Part shown: piece after piece, positions 24,497 to 44,016 of the stretch
Layout: every line of letters begins with the position of its first letter
Position numbering within the stretch: the first letter of the stretch is position 1
Assembly (NCBI GenBank): GCA_039096225.1
Contig: JBBPEB010000003.1
Location: 1,116,001 to 1,180,000 of the forward strand
DNA from: Blastocystis sp. Blastoise
Lineage: Eukaryota > Protista > Bigyra: Opalinata
Length of the DNA stretch: 64,000 bases
Direction: 5' to 3'
The notes under the pieces: generated by a model
What the model saw: the letters and a program-made list of their open reading frames with translations, nothing else
Told to the model about the DNA's origin: nothing
The model's database searches: none
Program-made: the position numbers and the translations under genes

Positions 24497-27400
24497 TTAC
24501 ATCTCTTGGTACAGAATTTCAACTGAAGTATAACTAAAAGGAATTATTTTCTTTAATTGATTTTTTAATACATCTTCATCAAAATAACTGGAAAATGTTG
24601 CGCTTTCAACTAAAACTTCATTTGGTATATTAAGTATAAACACCAACATAGCTACCTCTTCAAATTCATATACACTTGAATATACACCAACGTTATTTAA
24701 TTGAGATAAGGGAACTTTACTAGATATCAAAATAGATCTATATATAGAAATAAATATATCAGGTTGAATCATTTTTTGTGGGAAGCCATCGAAAGCAAAT
24801 GCAAATGCTTTTATATTTCCATCTGGTTGTTTTACTGTTCTTATAGGAACTATAACATAACTTAATTGAACTTGTTTACAGAAATATGTTACATAGTAGA
24901 TTTTTTGGTCATGTTCAACCGCGAATGAACTATAATTATTCAATTCAATATCTTCATCATGGTTATCAGAGTAGAGACAGTATTCTTTATCAGCATATAA
25001 AGTAGCATGACTATTAAGAAGAGAAGAAGAAGAACTGAATGGAGTATTTTGATAATTCGTGATTGAATTCATAAATAATTGTCTTTTAGAAGAAGAATCA
25101 GTAGAATAGAAATCTCTATTTGAACCATAATAAACATGAAGAAGAAGAGAAGTAATGGAATCATCACCAGTAATATAATCTGTGGTTAGAAGAAGATCTG
25201 TAAGTTGATATTTAAAAGTATTTACAAATGTTCGTGCTAAAGATAATAATAAAGAATAAATATCATCAATAGTTGTCGTTAATTGCATAGAATAATCTAA
25301 TGATTCTAAAGCTTTACCAGGAATAGATACAGGTCGAGGATCTATAGATGATAATAATATAATATTGACATAATAATGATATAATAAATATTAATATAAT
25401 AATAAATATTAATATAATAATAAATAATAATATAATAATAAATAATAATATAATAATAAATATTAATATAATAATAAATAATAATATAATAATAAATATT
25501 AATATAATAATAAATAATAATATAATAATATATATTAATATAAAAATAAAAATAAAAATAATAATAAAACATACAACAAAGATCTTTATTAATATCATTA
25601 GACCATGTAGGTGTATTAGATATGTAATCACATAATACTTGATAGTAACCATATTGATTTTCATTAGTACAATTAACAGCAGCATTCTTCATTATATCAG
25701 TTTCAGGATATAAATAGGAATCAATAGTACTAGCAGGACAAGTAGCACCACTAGGATAACATTTATTATTAATAACAACTTCATTTTCATTACAAGGAGT
25801 ACATAAATAATTATTACCATTTAATGAAGTTACATAACCATTTATACACTCTATACATTCATTACCATTATAATATGTAGTACCAGTACAAGGAGTAGAA
25901 GTAAATATACATTCATTAGTATTAGGTTCTTCCCATTCACCTTTATTATTACAATATCTATGTTGATTATTTATATATCCTTGAGGACAAGGAAGAGAAG
26001 CAGTAGAATCAGAGTTAGTTTCTGGCCAATTATTATCAGCTAAACATGGTATATCCGTAACTGTAATAGAGATTTGATATAAGTCAACAATAGTGCCTTC
26101 ATTATTAGTATAAGAGAGAGTATAAGTAGTTAAAGGAGATACACTAGTAGGAGTACCATAGATTCTTTGAGTTACAGAATCTATAATAATACCTTCAGGA
26201 AGAGTAGGAGAACTAGTAATAACAGTATCAACACTATCTATTGTATAATATTGTTCATAGAAATTATTCTTTTTAATAATAATATTTGTTACTTCAAAAT
26301 ATAATTCAGAAGGATTTATTTTTATACATGTTGCATCACCTTCAATTTCTTGTAATGTGTCATCTACACATAAACATTTTGCATTACTAGTATATCCTTT
26401 AGGACAAATCTTATAAGAATATTTATTTAATCTAGCTGAAGACCATTCATTATCTACACAACCATGATAATCATTATCATAGTATTCTAGTTCATTTAGA
26501 ATAGTCATAATTTCACTTTTACTCTCAGTAATTTCTGTATCTATTCCACATTTTGTAATTCTCATACGATATGAATTATAACATTTATTTAAATATAATG
26601 TCTCCTTATAATATTTATTCATACTCATTTTATCCATTAAAAATACTTCATCCCATTTTGCACCATTATTATTACTTCCTTCTATTACAATAGATTCAGG
26701 ACTATATGATATACTCATATCATGGTTATAATATAAATAAAAAGATTTTATATCTATGCATGTTTCATCATTATATGTATAGGTGAATATAGTATTTGAA
26801 CATTTATTAAGTACTTTTGTGAACGTATTATCATTATTATCATATAAATTACTTAATAGATATTCAGGATCAGCTTCAGCATTAATAGACCACCAACCCT
26901 CTACTGATAAATTTCCTTGATGAATAAAACTAATTGTTATTGAAAATCCATTATTTGGTTGAATAATATTATTATATCTATGTATTTCAATCGCAATAAC
27001 ATTATCACCCATAAGACGTATATTTGGATCAATAAAAGTACTGATAGCAGTTCTAAATGATTTATATTCATTATATTCCGAGGTAGCTAATGTATTGTAT
27101 TCTACATTATCACCATTATCCATATTTACTCTTCTTAGTTCATAACCATTTATATATATGATCATGCCAGCATAGGTAGATACAGTTATATCTAATGTAT
27201 AATCTGTATATATTGCTTCATCTATAATATAATGCATTCTATAATATTGAGTAATACTATCATTAGGAACATCAGGAAGAGAAGAAGAAGAAGGAACAGT
27301 AGACCATAAATTATCATTAAATAGATTCGTAGTCCAATGTTTAGGAGGAGTTATATTATCATAAGAATAAGTTATGGGCATTTTAGATGCATCAGCAAAT

Positions 27401-30400
27401 TGATTGAAATTCAAATAACCATTATTATTCTGATCAAATTCACTATAATATTTATTATTAACATAAATATGTGATACTGAATTTGATTCACCATACTGAA
27501 TAGACATAGATAAGGAATATATTGATGGAGATAAACATAAATTATAGTCTTCTGAACTTCTTTCAGAGATATGATATATTCTTTTTGGTAACCGAATTGC
27601 AGCAATATCTTTTAAAAGAACTCTGTAAATAGCTTCTTGTTCATATTCAAACTGGATATAAACAAAATTATTAGGAAATTGGCATGATTGAATGGAAATA
27701 GTTAATGTATATTCATATGATGTACCAATTACAGACGTAGCATGTATAGTATATATATTATCGCCATTTTCACCATGAATAATACCATATATAGAACCAG
27801 TATTAGTATTAAAAGTTATTCCATCAGGAAGAGAAGGAATAATAGTAAAATCATGATAGTATTCCGAATTAGTAAATGATATAGTTATAGTTGTATTATC
27901 ATAAGCTATATAAGGATTAGAAGAAGTAGATAATAATGGTAATGTATCAGAAGTAATATCATCGACGTATAATTCAATCTCAGATATATAATAATAATCC
28001 TTAACTTTATTAAACATATTATTTGTTAATGTAAATTCTAATATATTAATTCCCGTATTAACATCAGACAAGAAGAAACATTTTCTTGTAGAACTATAAG
28101 AATTAAATGCATCCGATACAACTGAGTGTTCATGACGATTACCATTTATATCTATAGATTCCACTTTCCATGATGTTGGAGCATAAAGATATTGGTCACT
28201 AGGATAAGTTATACAGTATCTATTTATATATTTGTATCCATCTTTAACTGTTATTGATAATATAGGGTTTGTCTTATCTGTTTTACCTGTCATATACATT
28301 ATTGTGTTAAAATTTAAATCTACAATATAATCATAATTAGAAGACGATAAATCATTTGTAGCTGTTACTTCATAATTACCATAAACTGGAAGATTATTAT
28401 CGACAACCATTAGAAGAGAAGCATCAAAGGATATATCAATAGTATGTTGTTTATCATAGAGTAATACAGAAATAGTAATAGTATTTTGATTGTCAAATAG
28501 AGAGAGAGGACCTGTTGCTGTTTGTTCTATAATAGTAGAGGCATCTGTTGAATCTAAATAACCATCTTTAAATCCATGTGCTGCAAGTTCATGATTATTA
28601 ATATAGATCTTTGTATTTGATAATGATTTATAACTTAATACAAAATACTTTTGACTAGTAATAGAAGGAGTGTTAATAGTCTTACGGAATACAAAATATT
28701 GATTCGTGGCAGTAGGAGTGATAGCAGTGGCACCATTAGCAGTAGACCAAGTAGAATCATCAATAGAAGATCCATACCATTCTGTAGGTATAGAATCATA
28801 AGAATTATATTTCCATTCAGATTTCATTAACATAGAATAATTAGTATTAACATAATAGATTTCAGGAGATTTATACATGGCTCTGATTTTAGAAACAAGA
28901 ATATATGTACTACTAAGATCATCTATAACATATACTATCATAAGCGACTCTTCATTCCAAAAACTATTATTTTTTTCTATTAACTCAAAAGACCAAGTAC
29001 CTACAGCACCATAATAATCATAATTTATATCTAAATACTCATCTTGAAGTAAAGTAGCAATTTCAGTTCCATCTTCTGATTTAATTATAACTTTTTCTTT
29101 AAAAGCATTATATGTCGTAATTCTATTAACACGTATATGTGCACAACTAGTAGGATTACATAACATTTTAAGATTAAATATATAAGTATTTGAAGAACTG
29201 CCATCTTCACCATAGTTATAAGAAAGAGTATATTCAGCAGATTTAACTTCTTTAGGAGTTCCAGAAAGAATACCATTAGAAGATAAAGTTAAACCAGTAG
29301 GTAAATCAGTAGATAGAACACAATTCGATAATGAAAGAGATACTATAGTAGAGAAATCAATAGATTGATTCTCTTCAAAGGCGTTCATAGTATATTGAGG
29401 GATATCCTGTAGTCTTCGAGAGGCAAGCATAGAGAGAGTATCTATAGAATCTATAATATATATATATATATTATTATTATGTATATACTTTTAGAATTCG
29501 TAATATAGGTGAGAACATCAAAAGAAGAAAGAAGTTCAGGATGATCAGCAGTAGTATGTAATTCTATAGCTACTTTTAATGTAGTAAGAGAAACAGAGGA
29601 AACAAATAATTCTTTAGGAACGATAATACTATATAAATGAAATATATTGAAAATAATATATATTATATATACTGTTTATAAGTAGGAACATCTTCAAGAG
29701 ATTGAGAAGGAGTTTTTTCATTGATTTTGGAGGATCTATATATATATTTAAATAGATAATAAATAAATATATAAATAGATACATAAAATGATATATAGAT
29801 ATATAAATGATATAGATATAAAAAAATATACAAATATATAAACTAAATATACTCAGGTAACAAATAAGTGTACACTTGAATTCCATTTACATAAACAATA
29901 AATCCACTTTGACTTTGAACAGATAATTGAAGAAGAGTAAAAGAGTTATCTACAGTTATATCCTTTCTAAAATAAGTAGTAATTCCAGCATTCTTGATTT
30001 CTTTATTCTTATAGTCTTCACCCCATTCTTCTATCTTACTTTCTTTCCAAGAAACAGCATCAACGTTAGTGGCATATTTCCAATTAGCACTTGAATCAAC
30101 AAGAGATGATACTATATAAATAAATATATATATATATATATTAATTAAAAAAATACAATCAAATATAACTATTTTCTTTCCATGATCATCAGCATTTACA
30201 CGAGACTTAACAAGAATTATTTTATTATAAGTCAAACTAACATAAGAATCCTTAGCCCAAGCAGTAAGATTCCTACAAATATACATATATATATAATTAA
30301 CTAATTACTTTGAAGATAGTTCAAGAGAATAATCTTTATTTGCATCTAAACAGACTTTATAACTCATCATAGAGTCTTGATCAACAACAGATTCATCACG

Positions 30401-30633
30401 GAAAGCAAAAGTATTTCTCAAATTAGTGGATTTACCAGCATAAAGTTGAATCATTTCACCAGGGTTTCCAGCATAACCTCTTTCAATAGTAACCTCATAG
30501 TCACCAACAGAACAAGCTTGGACGCCTATGAGAAAAACAAATTTTAGTGAATTGATCTTAAAACGATAATAATAATCAACATACAGAAAGCGAGAAACAT
30601 CCAGATTAATATCGTGATGTTAAACTTCGTCAT
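24497..30633 (-). CDS. Giant (about 1900 aa) secreted multidomain protein: signal peptide, 3 galactose-binding-like modules, He_PIG-type Ig repeats, F5/8-like domains, HRM-like Cys modules
   Basis: Signal peptide MTKFNITILIWMFLAF|CVQA. Repeated WKY...W...FRK...Y(V/I)NG...IAIEIH modules, LP(T/D/E)G(L/I)...G.I.GTP Ig repeats, and CLADNNWPETNSDSTASLPCPQGYINNQHRYCNNKGEWEEPNTNEC. The later exons I checked splice in frame to the stop at 24497. Confidence 0.85.
25380..25540. repeat. 18-bp intronic minisatellite (AATAAATATTAATATAAT-like), about 9 copies
   Basis: Direct reading, inside the last intron of the giant gene. Confidence 0.85.
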
Positions 30634-32280
30634 TATTTATTTAAAACTTAAATATATAATAAAAATAAAATATTAAAATTTGTATTAAAAGATTTCATCT
30701 CTGTATATATAAAAATCATCTGGAAAATGACGTCCTAGAAACCATCAATAGAGAAGAGATATTAAAGCGAAAAAAACCAATACATCTATTTTATTTGACA
30801 TATTTTATTCGTTTATATGTACAATATAGCCAATCATATAAGAAATCTTTAGGAGATTAGGCTAATTAACCGTAAATATGGATATTCTTGGGAAAATTAT
30901 TATTCGTATTATGAAATATTTTTTATAATCACGGTTTTTTAAAAAGATCATTTCAATCTTTTTTTTTCTTTCACTTTTTCGTCGTTTATAATAGTCAAGT
31001 TGCATGATTATCATTTATGGTTGTATATAGTTGATGAGATAAGGCTCGCTTGATCGATTCGATTAAATAACCTATATTTTGTTGAATTGTTTCGTTTAGA
31101 AAATGGATGACTTATGAAATTGTTTTTCTATTTTGGCTGTAGCATGATTGTGGAATGTTGAGTATATCAAATATAGAATCATTATACTTAATGTAGTTTA
31201 TGTTATTATTTTTTCGATTTGAATTGGCAAGTTAGTGTTGTGAAGAATTATTTACATGTTGAAGGATTCAATACGGATTTGAAAGATTCAAACAGATCAC
31301 TTTTATGGCGATATAATAGATTAGTGGCCTCCCATTTTCTTTTTTCTTTTTCCTTTTTATATTTCGTTACATATGATATATTCAATATTACACAAAATTC
31401 TATAAATATAAAAAGCGCTTAAAATTACAAGAAATTCTTTTAATAAAGTTTCAAGAAAATATTTTTTTGTATACATTATTTTTATTTAAAAAGTATATAT
31501 AATCTATTATTCATTTAAAAGAGAAGCTACTTTTTTTATGAACCAATTCTTTTCATTTAATAATATTAAGTACATTTTATAGTTACAGAAAAAACATAAA
31601 TATTTAAAAATGCTAAATACTAGTATATTGTAACAAGAACTAATTAAAAGAATAGCATAAACAATATATACTTTATATATAGTTTTAGACATCGTTTTTA
31701 TTATATATAGTTGAAAAATATAATTAAAAAATATATTTAATAATAAAATCCTTATGTAGATGATTAATAGCTATTAAAAATATGATTAGATATTTATATT
31801 AGCATAGTAACTTATATTTATACTTTTTTTGAATAACTAGTGAATTCTATATATATAATAATAGAAAATACTTTTCATGTTTATTATTTTCTTGCAGTTT
31901 AGTTTTTAATAACGTTATTATATTTATATATAGTTAAATAAATAATTATACATATATTCTATTAGTTTTATTATATGAACATTTTTTTATATTTTTATTA
32001 ATATATCTAATATCAGTGTATAAAAAAATAATACTGTTTTAAAATATTATTTATCAACATATATTATTTAATTTATAGAATATCGTAAATAGTTAATGAA
32101 ACTTTAATTCTTTTTTAAATGGTTAATAAACAAAATTTGATAGAAAAAATAGAGTCATAAACTACTTATTCAATATATAAACTAATAAAATAATATGAGT
32201 AAAAAAAAAAATATTAATAAAAAAATTATAAATTTAATATAATAATTATAAAGATGTTATACTAAAGATATATAAATAAT

Positions 32281-33904
32281 TTATATTCTTCCCCATACTT
32301 CATAATCTTCAACTTTAAAATAATTAACAGCATCAACGACCTTCGTATTCACAAATATTGAATGTTTTTGAAGTATATGAATATCAGCATAAGATTGTAA
32401 ACAACAATAGGAATCATAATTATTATGGCAATCATCTGATATTTCTATATCACAACCACCTCCAAAAGAAGGACCTCCAAACATAGAACATAATATACCA
32501 CACTCAGTATCGATATCAGTATATTCATATTTAGTAGGAGGAATACCATGTTCATTACTTAATGTAAAGAGAAATTCTTTAGAATAAGGTTTCCAAGCTA
32601 TATAAAATATAATGAATCATTAATATAATATAAATATACATACCACATGAACTATCCCAACTTTGATCAGTATATCCTCCAAAAATATTAATATGATTAT
32701 TATGACCTATATGTTTAATTATAGTCACCGTTTCCCCTTTATTTTCACAATAAATATGGAAATCATTTGCAGAATAATTATGTTCACTTGCTCTATATAT
32801 ATAGTATATATATAATATATTTAGTATATATATATACATATATATATATAGATTTAAAAATAATATATATAGTATATAATCATACCTATATAATAATTTC
32901 CATTTCTTTTCAATACCAAGCCACTTTACTAAACAAGTAGAAAACTCTTTATTAACAATTTTTGAGTGTTTAAATAGAAAAGGAATTAATGCTTCTTTTA
33001 TTTCATCTCTTCCTTTATCAATAAATAATTCATCCATTTCTTGTTCTAATAATTCTCTATTAATATCAACAATCTTCTCATCTTCTATATTTATTTTTCC
33101 GTTACTAAGATATTCACTAATATAATCAATATATTCATATTTCTTATTTATATATAAACTTTCATCTAAATGATTATAATCAACATTTCCATTATCATAA
33201 TTCATTATATAATTATTCCATAAATCATTATAAACTAAATAATCTTTAATAGTATCATTCTTATTTCCATTAATAATCAAAGAAATATCATTTCCTTCTT
33301 CATATTTCTTCTTCTTTATTATACTTCTTTGAAACGTATCAATTAATTCTATAGGAAGTGGAAGTTTGCAATATTCAAATAATTCTAATAATTCATATTT
33401 TATTTTATAGTCATAATTATTCAAATTTATTCTTTTATTCATCAAAGAATCAATAAGTAAAGGAAAAAGGGTTTCATCATTATGATAATCTAAATAAATA
33501 TCACCATAAATAGTTCGTTTATCTTCTTGAGAATATTCATAAAAAGTACTACCTACTAAACTATTTATTATTCGTTTAGGAAGAGAATAAACTGGACCAC
33601 TACATGTAAATCGAATAAAATCAATTCCACTATCATTATTATCCATATTAATATTGTTTTCATGAACATATGAAGATTCTTGGATAATTATAGGTTTCTC
33701 ATCACCATTCTTATCATTCCTTCCTTCATAATTTCTTACGGATTGTTTTACTAACTCATTTATAGACTCACCTGAATGAATACAGAAACTTATCGACTTA
33801 CTTAAAATACCAATCAAATCACCAATCAGTCTTTCAAAATGAATTACATTCTTCTGAACATCACCAATCTTACTAGCATCGAATTCTACCTTCTCTTTCA
33901 CCAT
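32281..33904 (-). CDS. BTB/POZ-like + TLDc domain protein (intact paralog)
   Basis: ATG 33904 (MVKEKVEFDASK). BTB-like FIRF...YSLPKRII...GDIYLDY...ELFEYC. TLDc WKLLYR|ASEHNYSANDFHIYCENKGETVTII...IFGGYTDQSW...FLFTL...GPSFGGGCDI...VEDYEVWGRI. Confidence 0.9.
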
Positions 33905-34412
33905 TTTCAATAATAAAAGAAATACTAGAATTATAAAATGAAATGAAAACTTGGTTTTTTTTTCTGTATTTTTCCCAGAAGTACTGATTTTTATTTCTTT
34001 CTTCTAATAATTATAACTTAGTATATTATTTCATATATATATGTTTAAATAAATGTTTGAGACGTATTTGATGATTTTCAAATTCTTCTTATCATAGGAA
34101 AAATACTGATTTTGGTTCAAATCCACACTTTTAATCTACCTGCTTTCAAAATCATATGTGTTTTTTATATTTTACTATTTGTGACACTTAAGAAATAGAA
34201 ATAATTATTTTTCATTAGAGAATGAACTATAAATATTTAAATAAGATAAATAAAAACAATATTTATATATATTCTAGTTATTATTCTTCTGTCTAATTAA
34301 TAAAACAAATTAGTAAAATTGTTTATTATTATTGTTGTTGTATTTATATATTATTTCATAAAACAAATCAAAATATATTGAACATATATATATAAATAAA
34401 TGTGTTATATAT

Positions 34413-37417
<3,005 letters not shown>

Positions 37418-37776
37418 TTTGTTATTTTGATTATTTCTACGTATTCAGTAAATAATTTGTGATTCTTCTTTTAGAAATAGTTGAGAAAAGAAAAGGCTTT
37501 TTCAACGAAACTTGAAATTTTCAGCAATACTTTTTTAAATTTATATATATAGAACTAGTGATAAGTTGACTGAAAATATTATTTTAGGTCTAAATGTTAC
37601 ATTCGCAGAAAACTGTTTATCATTCTTATTGCTGTCAGAAATACATTATATGTATGTTTCTTATCAATATATATTATTTGATTGTTTTATTTTTTATGTG
37701 TATGAAACCTTAAAGTTTATTTGATTGTCATACTGTTCACAATTTATTCACTAATTTGTTTATATAGTTATTCAGA

Positions 37777-38598
37777 ATGAACAGAGATAATTTTAATGAT
37801 TCTAGAGGCAATGATAATTCTATGAAAAGATCCTTTGGAGACGATAATGGAACAATTAAAAGAAAAAGACCTTCTCGTCGTTTTGATAGTAAATATATAT
37901 TTATATTATATGAGTTATATTATTCTTTGCTTGTTCTGCATGTTTTATTTATAAAATTCTTACTTTTTCACTTATAGATATTCGTCAAGATGGTGATTCT
38001 CAACAACAACAGCAAACAGATCCTACAGGTTTAACTGCAATAGGATTTGGTATTTTTAATTTTCTTAAAAAAAGTCATATTCAAATTCGTGGTGTTGCTG
38101 TGACAAAAGAAGTGGTTGAACATTTTAATGCGTTTTTAGAAGCAAATCCAAATATTAAAAAAGTTGCTATTATCGGATTTGGAACAGGTATATATATATA
38201 TATATATAGTATTCTATTGTATATATGTTTATTATGTTTAATATATTTATTATATTGATTTACTATTATTATTTTTAGGTTGTTCTACAGAAATGTTTTT
38301 AAAAGCACGTGATGATATTACTGTATATTCTTTTGATACAATGAGAAATCCTAGTACTGGTATATATATATATGTTTATTATGTTTATATTTATATTTTA
38401 TTATTATTATTAATATTATTATTATTATATATATAGGTGTATCCGTACGTTATCTTTCAGATACTTATAAACATCGACACGTTCTTTTAGCTGGAGAAAT
38501 TGAAGACTCAATTAATCTTTTATCTGCTCTTATGGAGAATACAAGAATGGATTTGGTATATTTGGATGCTTATGCCAATAATAATAGTGCAGGTATAT

Positions 38599-38655
<57 letters not shown>

Positions 38656-38682
38656 TTATTATTATTATTATTATTATTATTG

Positions 38683-38714
<32 letters not shown>

Positions 38715-38737
38715 TTATTATTATTATTATTATTATA

Positions 38738-38783
<46 letters not shown>

Positions 38784-38909
38784 TATATAGTAAAGGATTT
38801 ATATTCTGCTCGTGGATTATGTCACTCCGAAACATTTATCTTTATGGAAAATCTTAAGCCTTACTCACAAACAGGTATATATATATATTATATATATATT
38901 ATTATTATA

Positions 38910-38941
<32 letters not shown>

Positions 38942-39262
38942 CTATAATATTCACAATATAAAAAAAATATTTATTATTTTAAGATTCTTTTTTTTTCTCT
39001 TTTTTATATTTATAAAACACTTTCTCTATAGGGAAAGAGCCTTTCCGTGCCTGGGATAGTCTTGTTACGGATGGTATTTTACGTGAGATTTCTACTCCTT
39101 TAGTATTTGATAATATAAAGAGATGTATGGGAATAGGGTATTTTGTTGCTGATGAAGATGCTATTCGAGTATATATATAGTAATATTAGTATTATTATCA
39201 TATTTATTATTATTATTATTATATATTATTATTATTATTATACATTATTATTATTATTATAC

Positions 39263-39361
<99 letters not shown>

Positions 39362-39832
39362 TTATATAATAATATTATTACTATTAATTTATATAGTTAG
39401 AAGAGGGTCAAATGTCAAAAGTAAAAGAATTTTGGGAAACAGAACCAGTATATATATATATATATTAAAATCATAAATAGAATAATCATAAAATAATCAT
39501 TATATATATAGTCAGCTGTATTATGGAAATATGGTAATGAATTACAAGCTGTTCATACGGCTGAAGAAGCCGATCAGCTCTGGCTGGAAATGACTGAAAA
39601 GAGTATTTATATATATATATATATTTGTATATATATTTCTATTTATTTTTTTATATTTTTTTTTAATTTATCTATCTATCTATATATATATATATACATT
39701 TATATAGATATTCCTAAAGATATAGCTGCTTATAATCTTTATTTAAATGTATTACAAAATGATCCAAAAACTTTGAAATCAAAAATTGAACAAATTGAAA
39801 AAGAAAAAAATATGAAATTCCCCAATCAGTAA
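37777..39832 (+). CDS. Class I SAM-dependent methyltransferase-like protein (Methyltransf_24-like) with a C-terminal PPR-like motif; true start uncertain
   Basis: Spliced IKKVAIIGFGTG|CSTEMFLKARDDITVYSFD...YLSDTYKHRHVLLAGEI...MDLVYLDA...KDLYSARGL follows the Rossmann methyltransferase strand order. C-terminal EADQLWLEMTEKNIPKDIAAYNLYLNVL. Confidence 0.7.
39263..39362. repeat. (ATTT)n microsatellite, intronic
   Basis: Direct reading. Confidence 0.9.
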
Positions 39833-40319
39833 TTTTAAAGCATTTTTTTTCTTCTTCTACTCTTGTTTTATATATATATATATATATATCAATATTTTCT
39901 TTCTTATTTGTTGGTTGTATATCTATTGTTTTTTCTATATAATTATTTTATCTTTTATTATATATATATATAAATGTCTTCTCTTGATAGATTTCTTATC
40001 ATGTTTATACATATATATAGATATATAAATATACTTTTAGTTGTTTATAGATTTTTTAAATAATGAAATGATTATATATAAATATGTTATTATTTTTAAT
40101 ATGATTCTTTAATAAGAATAATTAATTTAAAAAACGAATATATATATATAAACAAAACTTAAATTCACAATAAGAGCATAAGAATCTATCTAAAATAAAA
40201 AATTAATTTAAAAAAATGAAATAAGAAGAAAAGAAATAACGTTATATAATTTAATATATAATCAATAACAGATTTATTTAATATATATATATATATATTA
40301 TAAATAAACTATTTGATTT

Positions 40320-40639
40320 TTACTTATTATAGAAGAAATTAAAATAGACAAGAACAGCTATAAGTATAACAAGTATTAATATAATAACACCTAAAAATAT
40401 CTTGCCTTTTAAAGAATTTAAAGACATTCCCTATATATATATATATATAATGAAATAAAACATAATTATATTATATATATATTTAATGAGTAAAATAAAA
40501 CATAATTATATATATATATATATATATATATACTTTAAGAATACTTCTAGCTTCATTGGCTAAACTAGATACTTCTCCAACACGATCTGATGAACGAATA
40601 ATACCTTCTCTTTGACTTTGAAGATTCGTCATAATACCG

Positions 40640-40710
<71 letters not shown>

Positions 40711-40916
40711 TAATCATTATTATAGTATTCATATTCATTATAAAGTATATAAATAAATAATAATAATAAATTATTATAATATATAATTATTATTATTATT
40801 ATTATAATAAACAATAATATATTAATATATTAATAATAAATAATAATATATATATATACCAATTTGTTCAGTTTCAGTAACAAGTCTCATTGATTGATCA
40901 AGAGAAGCTGTAGTTC

Positions 40917-40957
<41 letters not shown>

Positions 40958-41398
40958 CCTATAAAAATAATAAAATAAATCTATAATAATAATATAAATA
41001 CCTAGCTAAATCCATTTGAGCATTAATAAGTCGTTGACGACCTTCAGCACTATCCTATATAATTTATTATAATCAATATATAAGTATAACTAATTCCATA
41101 CAGTTCCTAATAAACTTGAATGAGCGAATTTATCTTCAATTTGAGTAAGTTCACGTTTTAAAGTATTAATATCAGCTTCAATATCACGGATCTTTCCTAA
41201 AGCTTCAATTTTTAAAGAACCCATATTGTTTGCTTCACTTTTAAGTTGTTGTAAAGTTAATTGAGCTTCTTCTAATTGTTTCTTAGCAACTCCAATTTGT
41301 TTCTCATTAGGAGTAGTTTTCAAAGCAGTAATATGAGAACGAGCAACCTTAATATAAGATTTTGCATCATTCAAGTATCTATCAAAGATCATAGACAT
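40320..41398 (-). CDS. VTI1: Qb-SNARE, VTI1-like vesicle transport v-SNARE
   Basis: N-terminal helical bundle (MSMIFDRYLNDAKSY...EEAQLTLQQLKSEA), RQRLINAQMDL, ETEQI, NLQSQREGIIRSSDRV...ANEARSILK, and a C-terminal TM segment IFLGVIILILVILIAVLVYFNFF before the stop. Confidence 0.85.
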
Positions 41399-41966
41399 TT
41401 TCAAATGAATTTAAGTATATAAAAAACACTAGTAGTATTTATTACACAAATAACGAATAACAAAATGTGTTTAATGAAAACAATAAACCTGATTTTGTCA
41501 ATTATGTATTTAATCACGGGTATTATTGATGTATCAGTGATGATTCTTTATATTTTCAAAATTAATAAATGAGATGAAGAAAATAAATCATGTTTCTTGG
41601 ATATTTTCTTTTTTTTTAAGGATTCATTGTGTATAGCAATAGCTAACTATTATTTGTATATGGAATGAATTCAACTGAGTTTTAATTTCCTTATGTGTAT
41701 AGTTGATAGCTTCAGAAACACTTTTTTTTATGATATTTGTTGTTACAAATGTTATTATTTGATTATTTTATGTGTATTGAATTATAAATCATCTATTAAA
41801 ATGGATATAATAATTGTTAAAAAAACAATAGGATAATCAACAACCGTACATTTTATAAGAAAACAAAAAGGAGACAAATATATAAGAAAAATGAAACAGA
41901 GAACAGTTATATAGAAAGGAAAAATATTGAGAAAGACATAATAAATTGATAAAAAAGAAGAAGAAC

Positions 41967-44016
<2,050 letters not shown>

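Noticed and set aside
30990-31430. Slightly GC-richer intergenic stretch and ORF 31219..31422
   Set aside because: TTG start, no recognisable protein or RNA motif, and no consistent splice pattern.
41537-41680. Possible C/D-box snoRNA (GTGATGA ... CTGA)
   Set aside because: No terminal stem or recognisable rRNA guide sequence, and such short boxes are expected by chance.
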